In this document: positions 13,467-26,588 of the stretch, piece by piece | How positions within the stretch are numbered: the first letter of the stretch is position 1 | How the letters are laid out: each line of letters starts with the position of its first letter | Source: Haliotis cracherodii | Taxonomy: Eukaryota | Reading direction: 5' to 3' | NCBI RefSeq assembly: GCF_022045235.1 | Contig: NW_027266286.1 | Span: 32,302,001-32,366,000 of the forward strand | DNA length: 64,000 bases | Notes under the pieces: model-generated | Databases searched by the model: none | Told to the model about the DNA's origin: nothing | The model's input: the letters and a program-made list of their open reading frames with translations, nothing else | Made by a program: the position numbers and the translations under genes

Positions 13467-14134
13467 GAGGTCGATGAGTTTGATGACGTTGTACATTTAA
13501 CCTAATTGCAACTACATATATTTGTATAAAGCATTTAGATGCATTAGAGTCAAATATTTGTTTTAAAAAACACCTGCGGGAACATCATCTTAATATGTAG
13601 GGAGGGTGGTGGTGTATTTTGAGAAAAATCTATTTTTGCCCCAGCTATATCCAACAAACTATTTATTTACTGATCATGAACACCATCAAACATTCTATTC
13701 ATTTTCACGATGAACATAAAATGTTTTGTGACCTGGTTGAGGGCGTGATGTATTTCACCCCTCACCCCTGACCTATATTGGTGGTACATATCAAGGCCAT
13801 CACATGTGTACCAGCCTCTAGATGGAATAATCACACTTCCATCAAAGTGACTGCATGCCATTGCTAAAACATCTGGTGCCTTTTCAAATTGGACCCGAGG
13901 CGCACAAACTGTCCTCAGTCCTTAACATCGTTCATTGGCGTGTTGTTTTCTGAACGTACAGTGCTTTGATACATCCTTTACCAGGTATGAAGCAATTTCG
14001 GAAGTGTATACGCAGTATGTCCATCTCCGCCTCTATTCGGTTGGTCATTTGAATGGGTCGTCGGTAGCACTGTCCAACTTATCTTTGCAATGACTACTCT
14101 GTCCCGATAGACACAACTAGACACAACAAATAGG

Positions 14135-14205
14135 TTTGAAATATTCTTGAAGAAACAAATCAGCAAGAAAGGGATCACAGTTGGTGCCAATGGGGATGCC
14201 TGCTT
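14135..14205 (-). mobile_element. Penelope-like element reverse transcriptase fragment
   Basis: Minus-strand translation AGIPIGTNCDPFLADLFLQEY matches the PLE RT motif GIPMGTNCAP.LADLFL. Confidence 0.7.
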
Positions 14206-15437
14206 CTAGCCAAAAAGTCTTGTACCCAGCAAGCGTCATGGGGTTATAACGATCATCACAATATTCATCGTTGCGTCCACTTACGAACTTGAACTTCGTG
14301 TTGTACCAAGTTTACAGTTGTTAGATATGTCGTCTCAACCGATGCAATCTCGTGTAGTGAACCGTTCGTGCTCCGCGAGTGAACAGACGGTGATGGTGAT
14401 TACAACCAGTTCCATTGAAGATACACCATCTGCTGACTCGGGGGAGTCGATCATCTCGCGAGCCCCCCTCACCTACGCTGAACCGAGTTTGAAGATTGAT
14501 TTTTGCGTAGATTAAATATATATGGTCGAAATATAAAATCAACTCCGAATGTTGTAATCACATGCCCTCCTTATACGAACAAGGTCTTCTTTCAATGTTG
14601 TCCCCGTCATATACTGTTTTGTTACAACGAGTGTATTCAGAAACGTATCTCGCGAGTTTGATAGGTCTGAAATACACTCGTAATAAAACGGTATCCAAAG
14701 GAGACGACCAGCTTGTCTCATTCACCCGTTTGGCTATTGGCTTGACCATTGATCGTGATGTAAAGGGGTTATGATGACGATGAGTGTTGTTCGTATTGTA
14801 GATAAGTCGCAACTCCTAGTGATGACAAGAATAAGGGAACTAAACATTGAAGGGTTACATTTCATTTTGTGTTCAGTTGCAACATTGCGTTCTAAATTTA
14901 ATTCACCAAATGTAATATTTGTCAGAATCTTTCTATTTCTTTAGTACACACGCCTTACGTTTTAAGTCCTTGTATGTTGTTTTTGCTCGTTGATCTTCCA
15001 ATATTTACTCAATCGTGGATATAAAATAGTTTATTGATCTGGTTATATACAATGCACTTGTCCGAGTCCATACAGATTTCATGGACATATTGAGAAATGT
15101 TTTTCACAGGCTCAAGGATAGGTTTTTATTCCATAAACTGTTTTTTGTGTTTTTATTCAATCACGTGTATGGAGTGGGATTATTTACGCTTTAAGTGTAA
15201 TTTCATGCACACATGAGAGTTGGAGGATAAACGTGTATGAACATACATGCCCCAAATGTTTCACTATATAAGTGTCCAATGCAATAAACTTAGACATATC
15301 AATTGTGTGGTACGGAGTTTCTCCCGCAACTAGACAAGTAAAACAACATGTTGGTGTCAGTCAAAGTTTATTTCCTGAACGACTTGTAACAATGCATGAT
15401 ATTATACACGGGTGTCGCTGGTGACGGAATTCAAACA

Positions 15438-17289
15438 TTATCCCGACACACTTGCTTGTAATCTGAAACGTAAAGTGAACATGAGTGATATTGAGACGAA
15501 TATCATAATTGTAATTTCATAATATAAACTTTAATTCAGTACTTGTTGAAATGGTTTTTTTTGGGTTTTGGACCTAATCCCTTAAGTTTTATTCATTCAC
15601 TAATCTCATATTTCAGGTAATCAGGAGCTCTTACACTTGCCTTGTACCGCATGGTACGTTCTTACTAATGATGATGATACGTACGGTCTTTCACACAGGT
15701 AGTAGTACTTAATTTCACATCTATCATCGGCCCATGTATGTCCGCGTTTCCCGTACAGAATGACACAGTCTTGTTGAGTTGTTCCTGTTTGGTTAGGTTC
15801 AGTTCGCCCCCAGTTGAAGAACGTGGCGTTCTTCCTGTCAACCTCCCAAACCCACACATTCTCCTCTCGGACATCTGACAGGCCGATCCACACGTTGTCG
15901 GTATCTATAGGGTATTCAAACATAATGACTCTGATTTTAAACAGACGTAAGAATCCAAATTATGAAGTAATGAATTGTCTATATTACATTCAAACATACT
16001 GAATCCGTGTTTAAAAAGAAGTAAGAATCCAAATTATGAAATAATGAATTGTCTATATTACATTCAAACATACTGAATCCGAGTTTAAAAAGACGTAAAA
16101 ATCCACATTATGAAGTAATGAATTGTCTATATTACATTCAAACATACTGAATCCGTGTTTAAAAAGAAGTAAGAATCCAAATTATGAAATAATGAATTGT
16201 CTATATTACATTCAAACATACTGAATCCGAGTTTAAAAAGACGTAAAAATCCAAATTATGAAGTTTTAGTAAAAAATACATATCTAAATGTTCCGATGGC
16301 AGCTTTTGAGAAAAATACACTTGATTGTTTCTCTCCGTTGAAGCCCTGCATATGGAGGACATGTAAATAAGCTACTTGCAACTGTCAGATAGTTAGATAT
16401 ACAAGTAACGATGGACTAACTCTACCTGCGAGGTTCAGCTCCGCAACCAGTGCATGGACGTTTGTGCTTTCACGCTGTGTCTCTATTGACGCCAGATAAG
16501 CGTCCTCTTTTTCACATGCAAACTTTCGTGCAACAGAAATAAATGTTTGTACATGGAATGGCGTGTGCATTTCATTAATGTATGGATTTATAATTATAAA
16601 ACCGCAAACAATGATATATAAATTGCAATTTTATGTATACAGTTTGTCTTTGTCCACATGATTGTACGAGCCATAAATGAGACTTCACTTTAAATGCAAA
16701 ATCATAATACACACTTCAACAGATGCACATTGTATTTCAGGCTGATAATGGTTGTACATACCACTGCTTCCGGCCAAATCTTTTTGGAATCTCTAAAGAG
16801 TCTGTAGCAAGAGTCATCATACCGTGTCCAGCCATTGATACACTCGGACCAAACTGATGTGTTGAATTAAGCATGATGGGACATACTTGCATTTAATGCA
16901 CACATCAGCGGCAAATCAAGCTATTGAAAGTTAGCACAGAGTCACATAAAGATGTGTTGATGCAAACCAATACACAGAATTTGAAGATTAGTTTTGTTTT
17001 ATTGAATTAATGTTTTTTTTCAGAATTTGTATGTAAATGTTAGCAAGATTATCAAACTGGGAGGATACATTAATCTTATAACTTTCAGACCTTTAACATA
17101 TTTTGCGAGCCTCATATCGACGTTAAAGGAATTAAGGTGTTCCATATGTGTGCAGCGTAACACAATATCTGCGATTACATTTGTAACGTTTCCTTTGTTT
17201 ATATTACCTTATTGTGAATTAGCTACATACAACTTACCAGGTCCTATAACGACTGAAACACAGATGAATGATAACACAATGGACGCCAT
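15438..17289 (-). CDS. CTL4: secreted C-type lectin (perlucin-like), 5 exons, intact
   Basis: Exons 17289-17238 (MASIVLSFICVSVVIGP), 16853-16762 (VWSECINGWTRYDDSCY..WPEAV), 16522-16426 (FACEKEDAYLASIE..), 15904-15685 (WIGLSD..EPN..QDC..WADDRC..YLCERP), 15462-15438 (LQASVSG*). Confidence 0.92.
15940..16263 (+). repeat. 70-bp tandem repeat (~4.5 copies, alternating dimers) in CTL4 intron 3
   Basis: gtaagaatccaaattatgaa..aatgaattgtctatattacattcaaacatactgaatccg..tttaaaaaga repeated. Confidence 0.93.
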
Positions 17290-20200
17290 AGCTGCCTGAC
17301 ACACAGAGGTGACACCTGGGGGTTGTGAGAACACAGGTGGTGCGGTCATTACCTGATCAGGTGGTCATGTGACTGTATTGCAAATGCTCTTGGAATTTCT
17401 CTCTCAACCAACACAGGCGAGGGGAAAATGATTAGTTTATACACGTTTTATTTTACAATTGAGCTTATTGGGAGTTGACACGTTAATAATGGAAGAAAGC
17501 AGTGACATCGTGAAATGGATTAACATGGCTCCTTCCAAACTTTTTCTTTTGACACAAATCTCTTCTGAAGAAAAAATGGGGGTAAGACATTGAAGCAAGA
17601 AGTAGGCATCCACGTGGGCACCACTTGTGTTCCCCTTTTTGAAGTCTTGAAGTCTACTGTCATTATACTGTCTGAGTGTACGTGGAGTTAAAATCCTACC
17701 ATTTCGGTACAGCCTTTAGCAACCAAAGCGTGTCCAGCTGGACTATGACGTAGTAAAGGGCACTGATACGTTAACCAGACAGATTTTATATCAGAATTTT
17801 AAAAATATTACTTAGAGAGGTGGGATTAAACGTTTTAAAACGTTTATTATGTCGTACGACGATGACAGTGATCGTCATGCTGGTTCAATCACTGGTTCGT
17901 CTGCTACAGTTTCGAATATTCACACGCTATCGCGGTATAGCTGTGATATTGTTGCGACACAGACAAAACTCATTACTACCTACTCAAAGGATTATTCGAT
18001 CCAAAAGCAGCAGTTTTTGGCAACTAAATTTGTTTATGACACATGAATCTAAGTACGTAAGTACCTATACCCAAACCAAGGCGATTACTAAGCCTTCTGC
18101 GTCAGATGTCATGTTTTGTGAATAAGATTAAATGGAAGATTGACCCTGATATATTTAGACTCACCGATTAGCTTTGATAAAACTACCCGTGCTCTGAAAT
18201 TCTCACGAACGTCTTAATCAGTAGGTTGTCCCTGTGTCAGTTGATAGTATGGTATTCCTTGTCATACCATTGCAGGCATTGCACGGTAATAGTGTGAAGC
18301 CACAGCTGATATCATGTAAACACCAATATCGCTCACAACAAGATACCTACACTTTTCGCCTATCTACTTTACTAGAATCACAACTTGAATAACCATTTTG
18401 ATCATTAATTGTTCTGTTAAGGGTTGAGGACAGAAGTTAGTAAATAACTAATTAGTGCATAACTAGCTGTTTATAAGAAATGAGTGGAATCATTAGTGTA
18501 TCTGTGTACACGTGTGCTTGCGTACGTGCGTGCAATTCAGCAATTTTATAACCCTATTTTATTTATGTCTTTGATTTGCCTCAAAGAACGCAAACGTTTC
18601 TGACATACATGTAGGTATCAAACTATGAAACAATCACAGCGTAGCACTAATGGCTGTGATTGCATTTGTACACTCACATGCATGACAAACATTACATGTT
18701 TGTAGCGTAAATATTGTCAATATGAAACCTGTGACATGATTTTTCAATAACGTGTTTAAACAAAACGGAGAATGGTCTCACAATGTACAGGGTTAAAGCA
18801 TCTCTTGATATATATCTTTAAGTGGATATCTGTCTTCGTATTGACATTTGAATTTCATAAGCTGTGCGGAATTGTAAAGATGCTATGCCTTTCTGTATTG
18901 TCATAGCCGCGTGTTATTGAATATATTTTCATTGTAATCTTCGGAATAACATCTGGAAGAAATAAAGAATCTCTCTCGCCATGGATGAAATGTTATATAC
19001 TAGCACAGAGAACAGAGCAAATGTATTCGTTAAACTGCGTTAACATTTAATCAAAGTGGGCTATATGAGTTTGCCTCATCGGGAATCGGCATACTAATGA
19101 TGACTGTTGGTGTCATATTTTGCAAAACACAGAAATCCAGTTACTGCACTTCAGTTTAAAACAAACGGTCGTGATAAAGAAGACGTGTATTGGACTGTAC
19201 CCTCTGTCAATTCAGTCTGGCAGCTTGAGCCTCCATCACCAGGAAGCTCTGGGTATAATTTGGGGAAGCTTCGGTGGAGCAGCCGACGTCCTTGTGTCAG
19301 GGGAAATCTGACTTCCCAGGAGGGCATCAAACCTGGGTGTTATCCTGTTCTCAGACACGCGAACTGGGGGGATGTTTGCAATCTCACGAAGGGGAGGTAA
19401 TTCCGACCTCCGTTGTGGAACAACCATTGCGTCGAAGTTCACATGATTGACAGGACCAGCAGTTTTAGAAGCATCATGCTGTGCTTCATCTCTGGATATC
19501 TGAGAAGGATCTCGGGTTCGGGTGGCCCATGTTGTGCTTGTGGTTCTGTCTGAGCAGAAACACACAATAGTCCGAAATACTGCAGGTTGGTTTGGGTTCT
19601 GACGTATCTCTGACGAACCACAGGGACGTTGCTCCTTTAAGAAATACAAACTGCAATGTAAAAATTGTATACAGTATAACAAAAATGTTTATTCCGTTGG
19701 TATTCACAGACGAATCTCACAAGAAAAGGAACAGGTATCACATTTCAAACAACAACAAAATAAACAGCGACGTTTTCTGATACAAATCAAGCATCAGTGT
19801 TATTTCAGGAAACGCAAATGTCTGGAGAGCGTTCGTGAGGCTATGGCATCACTGATTTCAGTGTTTGATAAATTGTTATATAAGTGAATATGATCTTGTC
19901 AAATGTTTCCTTTTTTAAGAAATACTACAAGATCGACTTCGCATGGTAGCATGGGATTAACCTGACGAGCAAGCTATTAATCACTGGACTTTGTCACTGT
20001 ACGTGAATATAGATTTCGATCAACAAATATGTGCCGTAGATGAAGGCCATTCTTTGTCGAACAAGAGTTAGTCAGGACAAAGGACACTGAATGTAACTCA
20101 TCATAGCTGTCAACACATCTGTGAAGGTTCTAAGTTACCTTCGTCAGCTTTTTCTTTTTGACGCAGTAGAGAACAACCAAGAAGATTATCCCAAGGAAGC

Positions 20201-20924
20201 AAATTCCCACAACAGCAATCACAGCAATCGTGTCGGGCTGCATACTTGAGTCTTAAGTACAAAAGCTTCATGCATATGTGTACTAAATAGCTTCATAGTT
20301 ACACAGGAGGCTTACCTAGATTGTGTGTGATCACTGCTGGAATAGGGAGATGCTTTCAACACATTCATTTATACATCTGTCTAGCGATAACTGTCCTCAA
20401 TGACGTGCAACGCCCGTTACAAACTGTTGTGAATAAATAATGGTCCAACGTTCTTCATTCTCTGAACTTGTCTCTGCCCAAATGTCATCGAAATAGAATC
20501 AAAACATAATTTTTGTTATATTTTGTGCAACGTTTAAACATCTTGACGACAAATTCACCAGCAACCCGTTTCTAGGCTAACTAACAAGGGCTATGTACAT
20601 AAGCCAGCGAAGCAACTCGTGGCGTAATAGCTGCACTAAAATGAAATTAACCGATTATCAAAATTATATATGTTTTGTCTGCACAAACTACACATTAAAG
20701 AGTAAATACCTCTTTGAGTGTTTCTTGATGCATAAGCTGATGCTGAGGGCATCAGTGACCTAGATATCAACATGTAACCCGTTGTTGTTGGAGTTGCCTG
20801 CGTTGTCGTGGTTGGACACGCATACGGTCTGCGGTAGCGATGCAGCCGATGCACCACAGGACACTTCGACGTCAACTCCGGGGCTTGTAGCTGTTGGATA
20901 ACGTAGGTTGGATGAGCTGAACAT

Positions 20925-21175
20925 TGAACAGTATTCCAGTTACATCACGGCGTGTCACCTTGGTGTGAGAGGAAAGCCCATAGCGATGCAGGACTCTGAC
21001 GTTTACAAATTTTGTGAAACCCGTGAGCACGGGTATGCTGCTGATAAACCTAGAAACATAATCGGGACAAATCGGGGTTCGAACCCACGATCAAAGGTTT
21101 CGGGCGTGCCCAAGGGACGCAACTCCTGCACAACGAATTGCTGTGCCTTAGACGACCGGGACATCCGTGCTCCCA
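20925..21175 (-). mobile_element. tRNA-derived SINE (family 3, long A-B box spacing)
   Basis: Homologous to 42340-42630 and 33066-33265: gtcgtctaaggc...cccttgggcacgcc..gtgggttcgaaccc..catacccgtgctcacggg. Confidence 0.8.
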
Positions 21176-22261
21176 CCAATATAATTAACTGTAAGAATGA
21201 GGGCATATGGTTACGTACCAGTGTTGACATCGTTCTTCCAATTCATAGCATTGTGGTATAACGTATTAATCCTGACAGAATACAAAGTTAGTATATATGC
21301 TTTTACTCAAATTATGAATTGTGTTTAGAAATATATGTAGGACTTACATGGTAAATGTAGCAGCTTATGCAGGACATAGCTTAATTGTGTGTGTACATGC
21401 CTGTCCAATATGAAACAGTGAGTGAGTGAGTGAGTTAAAATTTACAGTCACATCGGCAGTATTTCAGCCATATCGTGACAATATGAAACAACCGTGGACT
21501 AACATCAGTTTAAGAACGGAAAATGCAAACGCCCATATATGCTCACAGTTAAGCTGACTCAAGAAATGACCTCCTCGTACATGTAAGTTGTTAATAAAAG
21601 TTAATTTAAGAAAGCTTCCCTTGGATGAAAATATGGATTTGACAACAAAGTCGTTATTGAAAGTACAATCAATGACTTTTGTTGCATTCCCATCCTCCAG
21701 AAGAGATATTGGGCACAGGAACCATCAGCATTGTACTGGAAACGAATGTCAAGGGCAGTTACTGTGACCTCTGACCCACAAGGCGCTGACACACTGCAGG
21801 TATTGTTGCCCTCCAACTGAACTGCGTCCGGGTAGTTATCGTTGTATAGATACAATGTAGAGCCTTGGAAGACAATGCTGTCGGAAATACTCTGGTGGAT
21901 ACTTTCTGTCGCAAACAAAAATTCAGTAGAATAAGTCAAATTATATTTTAAATTATGTCCATAAAGAATATGTATTACTATATTGGCATTGGTTGACATT
22001 ACGTTATTTAAAACCAAATACACAGGGCAACTCCATGCAACATAAACATGCATGACTATATCGGTTGACAAGTAATACGCGTCCTTCATTCTCGAACATA
22101 TTTTTACCAAATGATTAAAGTTTTAAGACAATGTGACCCATGTGCTAAGCGCTGGATTAACTTATACTTCAGTAGAACTTTGTGTACGTTGACCATATGC
22201 AGTCTACATTGACCATTGCTTTTCGACCTTTTGACAATGGCTTTCTCTTAATGTTGTGGTC

Positions 22262-22455
22262 ACAGGTGCCCCTGTCGCCTAAGTGGTTTGATTCCTATGA
22301 CGGGGTCTTCGAATACAAGATTCGGCCTGATAATGGTTCCTGGTTTGTCGGCACCATACCTGTGCTCATGGGTTTCTATTGACAACGTCTTTGGATTGTC
22401 CTCCTGCATAAAGCTGACACGCCGTGATATAACGGAGATACTCCCCACTAAACCC
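22262..22455 (+). mobile_element. SINE family 3, degenerate copy
   Basis: acaggtgcccctgtcgcctaag...ggcaccatacctgtgctcatgggtttc...gacacgccgtgata. Confidence 0.6.
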
Positions 22456-24536
22456 ACTGAATCAGTATCCCATATTTTCAGTATAGTGTTCTTGATGAGA
22501 TTAAATTTATTAACTTTACCTTTTCAATTCAACCCTACGTATCTTACCATAGGCCGACCACGACAACAGTTGAATTGTACCCCAGTTACAAACAGAGACA
22601 TGTGCAAGGCGTTTGAAAAGGTGATCAAAAGGTAACACTGTTTGTGTCTATTATCAACTCACCAGGTATGCAGTAGTAGTTCACAAGCATGTAATTAGTT
22701 GGTGTCAAGCGAGCAAGGAAGTCACATGGCCACCCTGCAGTGACCCTGTCAACTCTAAGCATACAGTCAGTTCTTTCCAGTACAGTTGGTGTAAAACCCC
22801 AGGCCTTTTCCTTGTCCGTCCAATTCAAACTGACAGTCGTCTTTTGCGTGTGTGCAACACTTTGTGTGGTTCCTGTTTAAGTCTGTTGATTCGCTGGGGC
22901 AGTTGATAGATTTATTTTTAGAGCCAGCATAGAAATCTTTAAGAGCAATTATCTCCCCTGGTTGGCAATCCGGTTCCAGAAAATCAAAATCTGAAGACCC
23001 TGTCCCAAAACAGCCCGAAGATTGCTTTGGTGTCTCCCTGTCTCCAGCCTGACTGGGTGTCTGTGGCACGACATCGCGTGTTGATTATAAACTCTCTCTT
23101 TGTTTGCAGACTTGTCTTGAATTTACAAGCATGGTTATCATTAATTTTAATCTGACTCCCAGAACCTCAGAGCTCAGAAGCAGATATTATGTTCTGCCGT
23201 TGGGTTAGAATTGAATGTATTTATTAGGTTGTTTTACAGGTATAGGTACACGTTTGAAGGTCGGTTCACCATGATTGTGTCTCTAAATGTGTGCCATATC
23301 CGTGATCACATTGGGCTTTCAACCCGAACCAAGCCCACACGCTATGAAGTATTGTTAAAAGGCAATACATTCACTCGATCACACATAATCTGAGACATGT
23401 TCATTTGTAAGCAATGGCCTCTCCTATAGTGACATTAGTGTCTCGGACAGAGATATGTTTGTTCGCCTCATAATCAGTTCTATAATGTGGAATATAACCC
23501 CTTTTCTTTCCTGGACCCTACAGAGATGATGCGTGTGAGTGAGTGAGTGAGATATGATGAACACCTCTTTTAACCGTATGTTAGGCAGCTTAATATGGAA
23601 GTGTTTTCCAGATGTCAGACGTTCACCACTTGGTAAAAACCACGGACACTTAGAATCTTAATCAGGGCGCACACGGTATCGGATGACACGCATGAGTATG
23701 CACCTGTCAGCATCAGTCCAGTACGTATGTGCTTATTGATATACTGTGTGTAATGGGGTCTCTTTCGAGATGTATACAATTATTAGTCCAGAAATATTAA
23801 AGTCATATTAGTCAGCAATCAATCGTTTTAGCAATACCCTTAACTATTAGTGTATAATGAGTTTCTGATAGCTGGGAAAACGAATATCGATGTTTTCCTC
23901 ACAAAAAGTTAGTTACTTTATTGAACACTTCCCTGCAATACTTCAATGGTGTTCCGTTGGCGAGTGACGCAGCATACACAGTTCTATCAGACTCGGATTA
24001 TTGATAATTTCATTGGTAATTGGAACGAAAATAATTTTAAAGTTTATCGCAACCATTGAGGTGTCATTCAAATAATATGGCATTGTGTATTTTTCCAAAG
24101 GTAATATATATGGTTACGTACTAGTTTTAAATCTATGTCTGTGATAGTCAAGTTATGTAACTGTCCTTTGTCGACATGTTTTATATAGTCTATATTTATG
24201 CATTATTAATGTATAATTTTTCTCTCGTCACGATATGGCTGAAATATTGCTGAATATTATTAGATTGAGTATCAGCTCCAAACTCATGACGAATGAAAAG
24301 CAATACAGTCAATAGGATTTTGTTTGTTTTTTGTTTAACACAATAGTCCAGCTGTATGACGGCTGTCTGGAAGTCAGTGATTGAATCCGTTCAAAACAAA
24401 CCTGTGACATAATGTCCAAACAAACTGTTACTTTGGCAGTCACCCGAGTATATTTCCTCAAGTTTATTGATAGAGCACTTTGGTAGATGTTTGATGGTCT
24501 TTTCACTGCCAGTGACCACATGTAAAAATCGATTAA

Positions 24537-24538
<2 letters not shown>

Positions 24539-24595
<57 letters not shown>
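24539..24595 (+). repeat. (TG)n microsatellite
   Basis: Perfect dinucleotide run. Confidence 0.97.
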
Positions 24596-24602
<7 letters not shown>

Positions 24603-24614
24603 TTAACATTTATA

Positions 24615-24835
24615 TATTGTTTGATAGGCATTACTTAGAAGTAGGCGGATGACAAAATGGACACAATTTAATGTATGGCAACTTCTTTCATTACTGTAAA
24701 GCGACGTTTGGGTATAGATCCTTAGACCATTGTCAAGCAGGGCGTACTTAACAACAGTATAAGGATCTACATTGAAAAGTCGCGTTTACAGTAACTAAAG
24801 AAGTTCCTAGCCATTAATTAAATATTGTGTCTACT
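24615..24835. mobile_element. inverted-repeat element with Penelope pLTR-like ends
   Basis: Shared with 34157-34325: tgtttgataggcattacttagaag..gacacaat..actgtaaagcgacgttt..ttgtcaagc and its inverted copy ..gtcgc.tttacagta..aaagaagtt..ttgtgtctact. Confidence 0.55.
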
Positions 24836-26588
24836 TTGTACGCTTATATAGTATATTTGTGGTGTTCACATAGTGTTGTTGACAATCCAGGTTTTTATGA
24901 ACTGCAGCATGTGAAAAACAACTACTGGTCGGAACAGTGCGACTATCGGTGTGGGACTTCTATTTTTCTCTCCCCCGGTCAAGTGTTGTCCTAATCGTCT
25001 CGTGAAAAAGGGGTTCGGATACAATATCTATTTGTGTGATGAAAGTATGTGATAAATCTAGTTTTGAAGTCCCGGTCTGGTGGTACCTCCACTTTACAGT
25101 AAATAGAATGTTGATGAGTGCGATATTTTCGAGGTGCAATAAGGATATTGGTTACAGCCACATAAAACGTCATATACTCATTGTTCACATTCGTGGGTAT
25201 CGTGATCACACGTCAGACGTGTGAATGGGGAGTTGATATTTGGACAATAAACTGTTTGCTGTAAAGGGGGCAGCGGCGCGCACATTTATGTGAAAGCAAG
25301 GTGCCCACCGTTTATCAACATTAAATCGCTTCAAATCACCTGCACGCCCTCTTCCGTCAACCACTACCGACAATGACATAAGTACTATTCTAAAAATATT
25401 ACTTTCACGGTGATGCGGCCGTCAAAATCGGCTGTTTCAATCAGAAGGGGTTTATTGCGATTTGATGCTTCTGGTCGACCAAATAAAAGTATTTTCCAAA
25501 TTTATCTTAGAATAATCTTCATATTTGAGTATTGCATTAGTTGTACAGACCCGTGTCAAATCAAACCGAAGCATGTAGCTGGGGTCCTTTCATGACTACA
25601 TCTTGGCGCCAAAAAGACATCAAGAAAAGACATGTTTTACCATGTTGTATTAACCACATCAAAGAATTCCTGCCTTGCATCAGATATTATTTGGAAGCAA
25701 CATAGTTTAAGGTGCTGGGAAGTAAATCAGAAAATGTGAAATATTCGAGGACCAATTCGCAGCTGCACGTACATTGCCAAAACTCTTCACCATTACGGAA
25801 TAGCAAATTGGAACTCTAATATGTGTCGTTGAGCTAGTAGATGATTCCATAAACGATGCGTTGTAACAGTTGATTTTTATAGAGAGTGTCATTGGTTTAA
25901 TATGAAATACAGATCCTACTATTTCTTTGATCTTCTGATCGGATGAATGGGGTGTTATTGTGATTAGAGCGAAAGCCAATGTTTCTCAACGAGAAACGGA
26001 TTCCTTAACCCAGTGCAAAAGTCATCATGATACTTCATGTTGTTTGAAATACATCCATTGTAACAACTCACTCTGCACTTGATGCTATTAGAAGATAACT
26101 CGTCAGAAAGGTTAACTTTCTAAAAACACGATTTGTTTGTAGCTCATGATTGTATGTTACAAGGTCTTTTCTAAATTGAAACGCATCGGTTAACCCAGAA
26201 ATCGGTTCTTTAACAGCTAAATTGTCTAATCAGTAATTAACTACACACATGAATAGTTAACAAACACACAGTTTTAGGTTTACATTCAGAAAAGACAAAA
26301 CAGTGGGTCACATACGTGGCAGCAGCAGTTAATAACTAGTCCTGTAATAAATGTCACTGCACTCACGATCCTGAACCGCCAGGGACAGATAAACGAGAAA
26401 CATATTCCATCAAGTAATGACCATAGATAGGGTTGAACCGGAACATCTGTAGGCGGAAACCAGCACCAAACAACAGTTGCCCTGACACCAATAAGTCCAT
26501 ATGTACACGTAGCGCTGTCACACGACAAATGCTTGCAGGCATGTTGCCTTCATGATTGTCTTTCCTTTGTCGTCACTGCAGAGTTACA

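Larger units (their letters stand above)
19236..23060 (-). pseudogene. Receptor gene A: SUEL-like + CUB-like + Thr stalk + TM, frameshifted pseudogene
   Basis: Exons ~23050-22663 (GCFG..C..I..FYAG..C..CC..DC..Y.NCTGK/TDC..YMLVNYYCIP, frameshift ~22770), 21905-21547 (359 nt, frameshift ~21700), 20890-20710 (181 nt, frameshift), 20251-20139 (TM IAVIAVVGICFLGIIFLVVLYC-VKKKK), 19634-19236 (tail). No signal exon was found. Confidence 0.8.

Noticed and set aside
14318-14812. Overlapping short ORFs as a viral or novel gene
   Set aside because: No recognisable motif or splice structure; adjacent to a decayed retroelement fragment.
23100-26300. Signal-peptide exon for gene A
   Set aside because: No convincing ATG-hydrophobic-phase-1 donor exon was found by eye.
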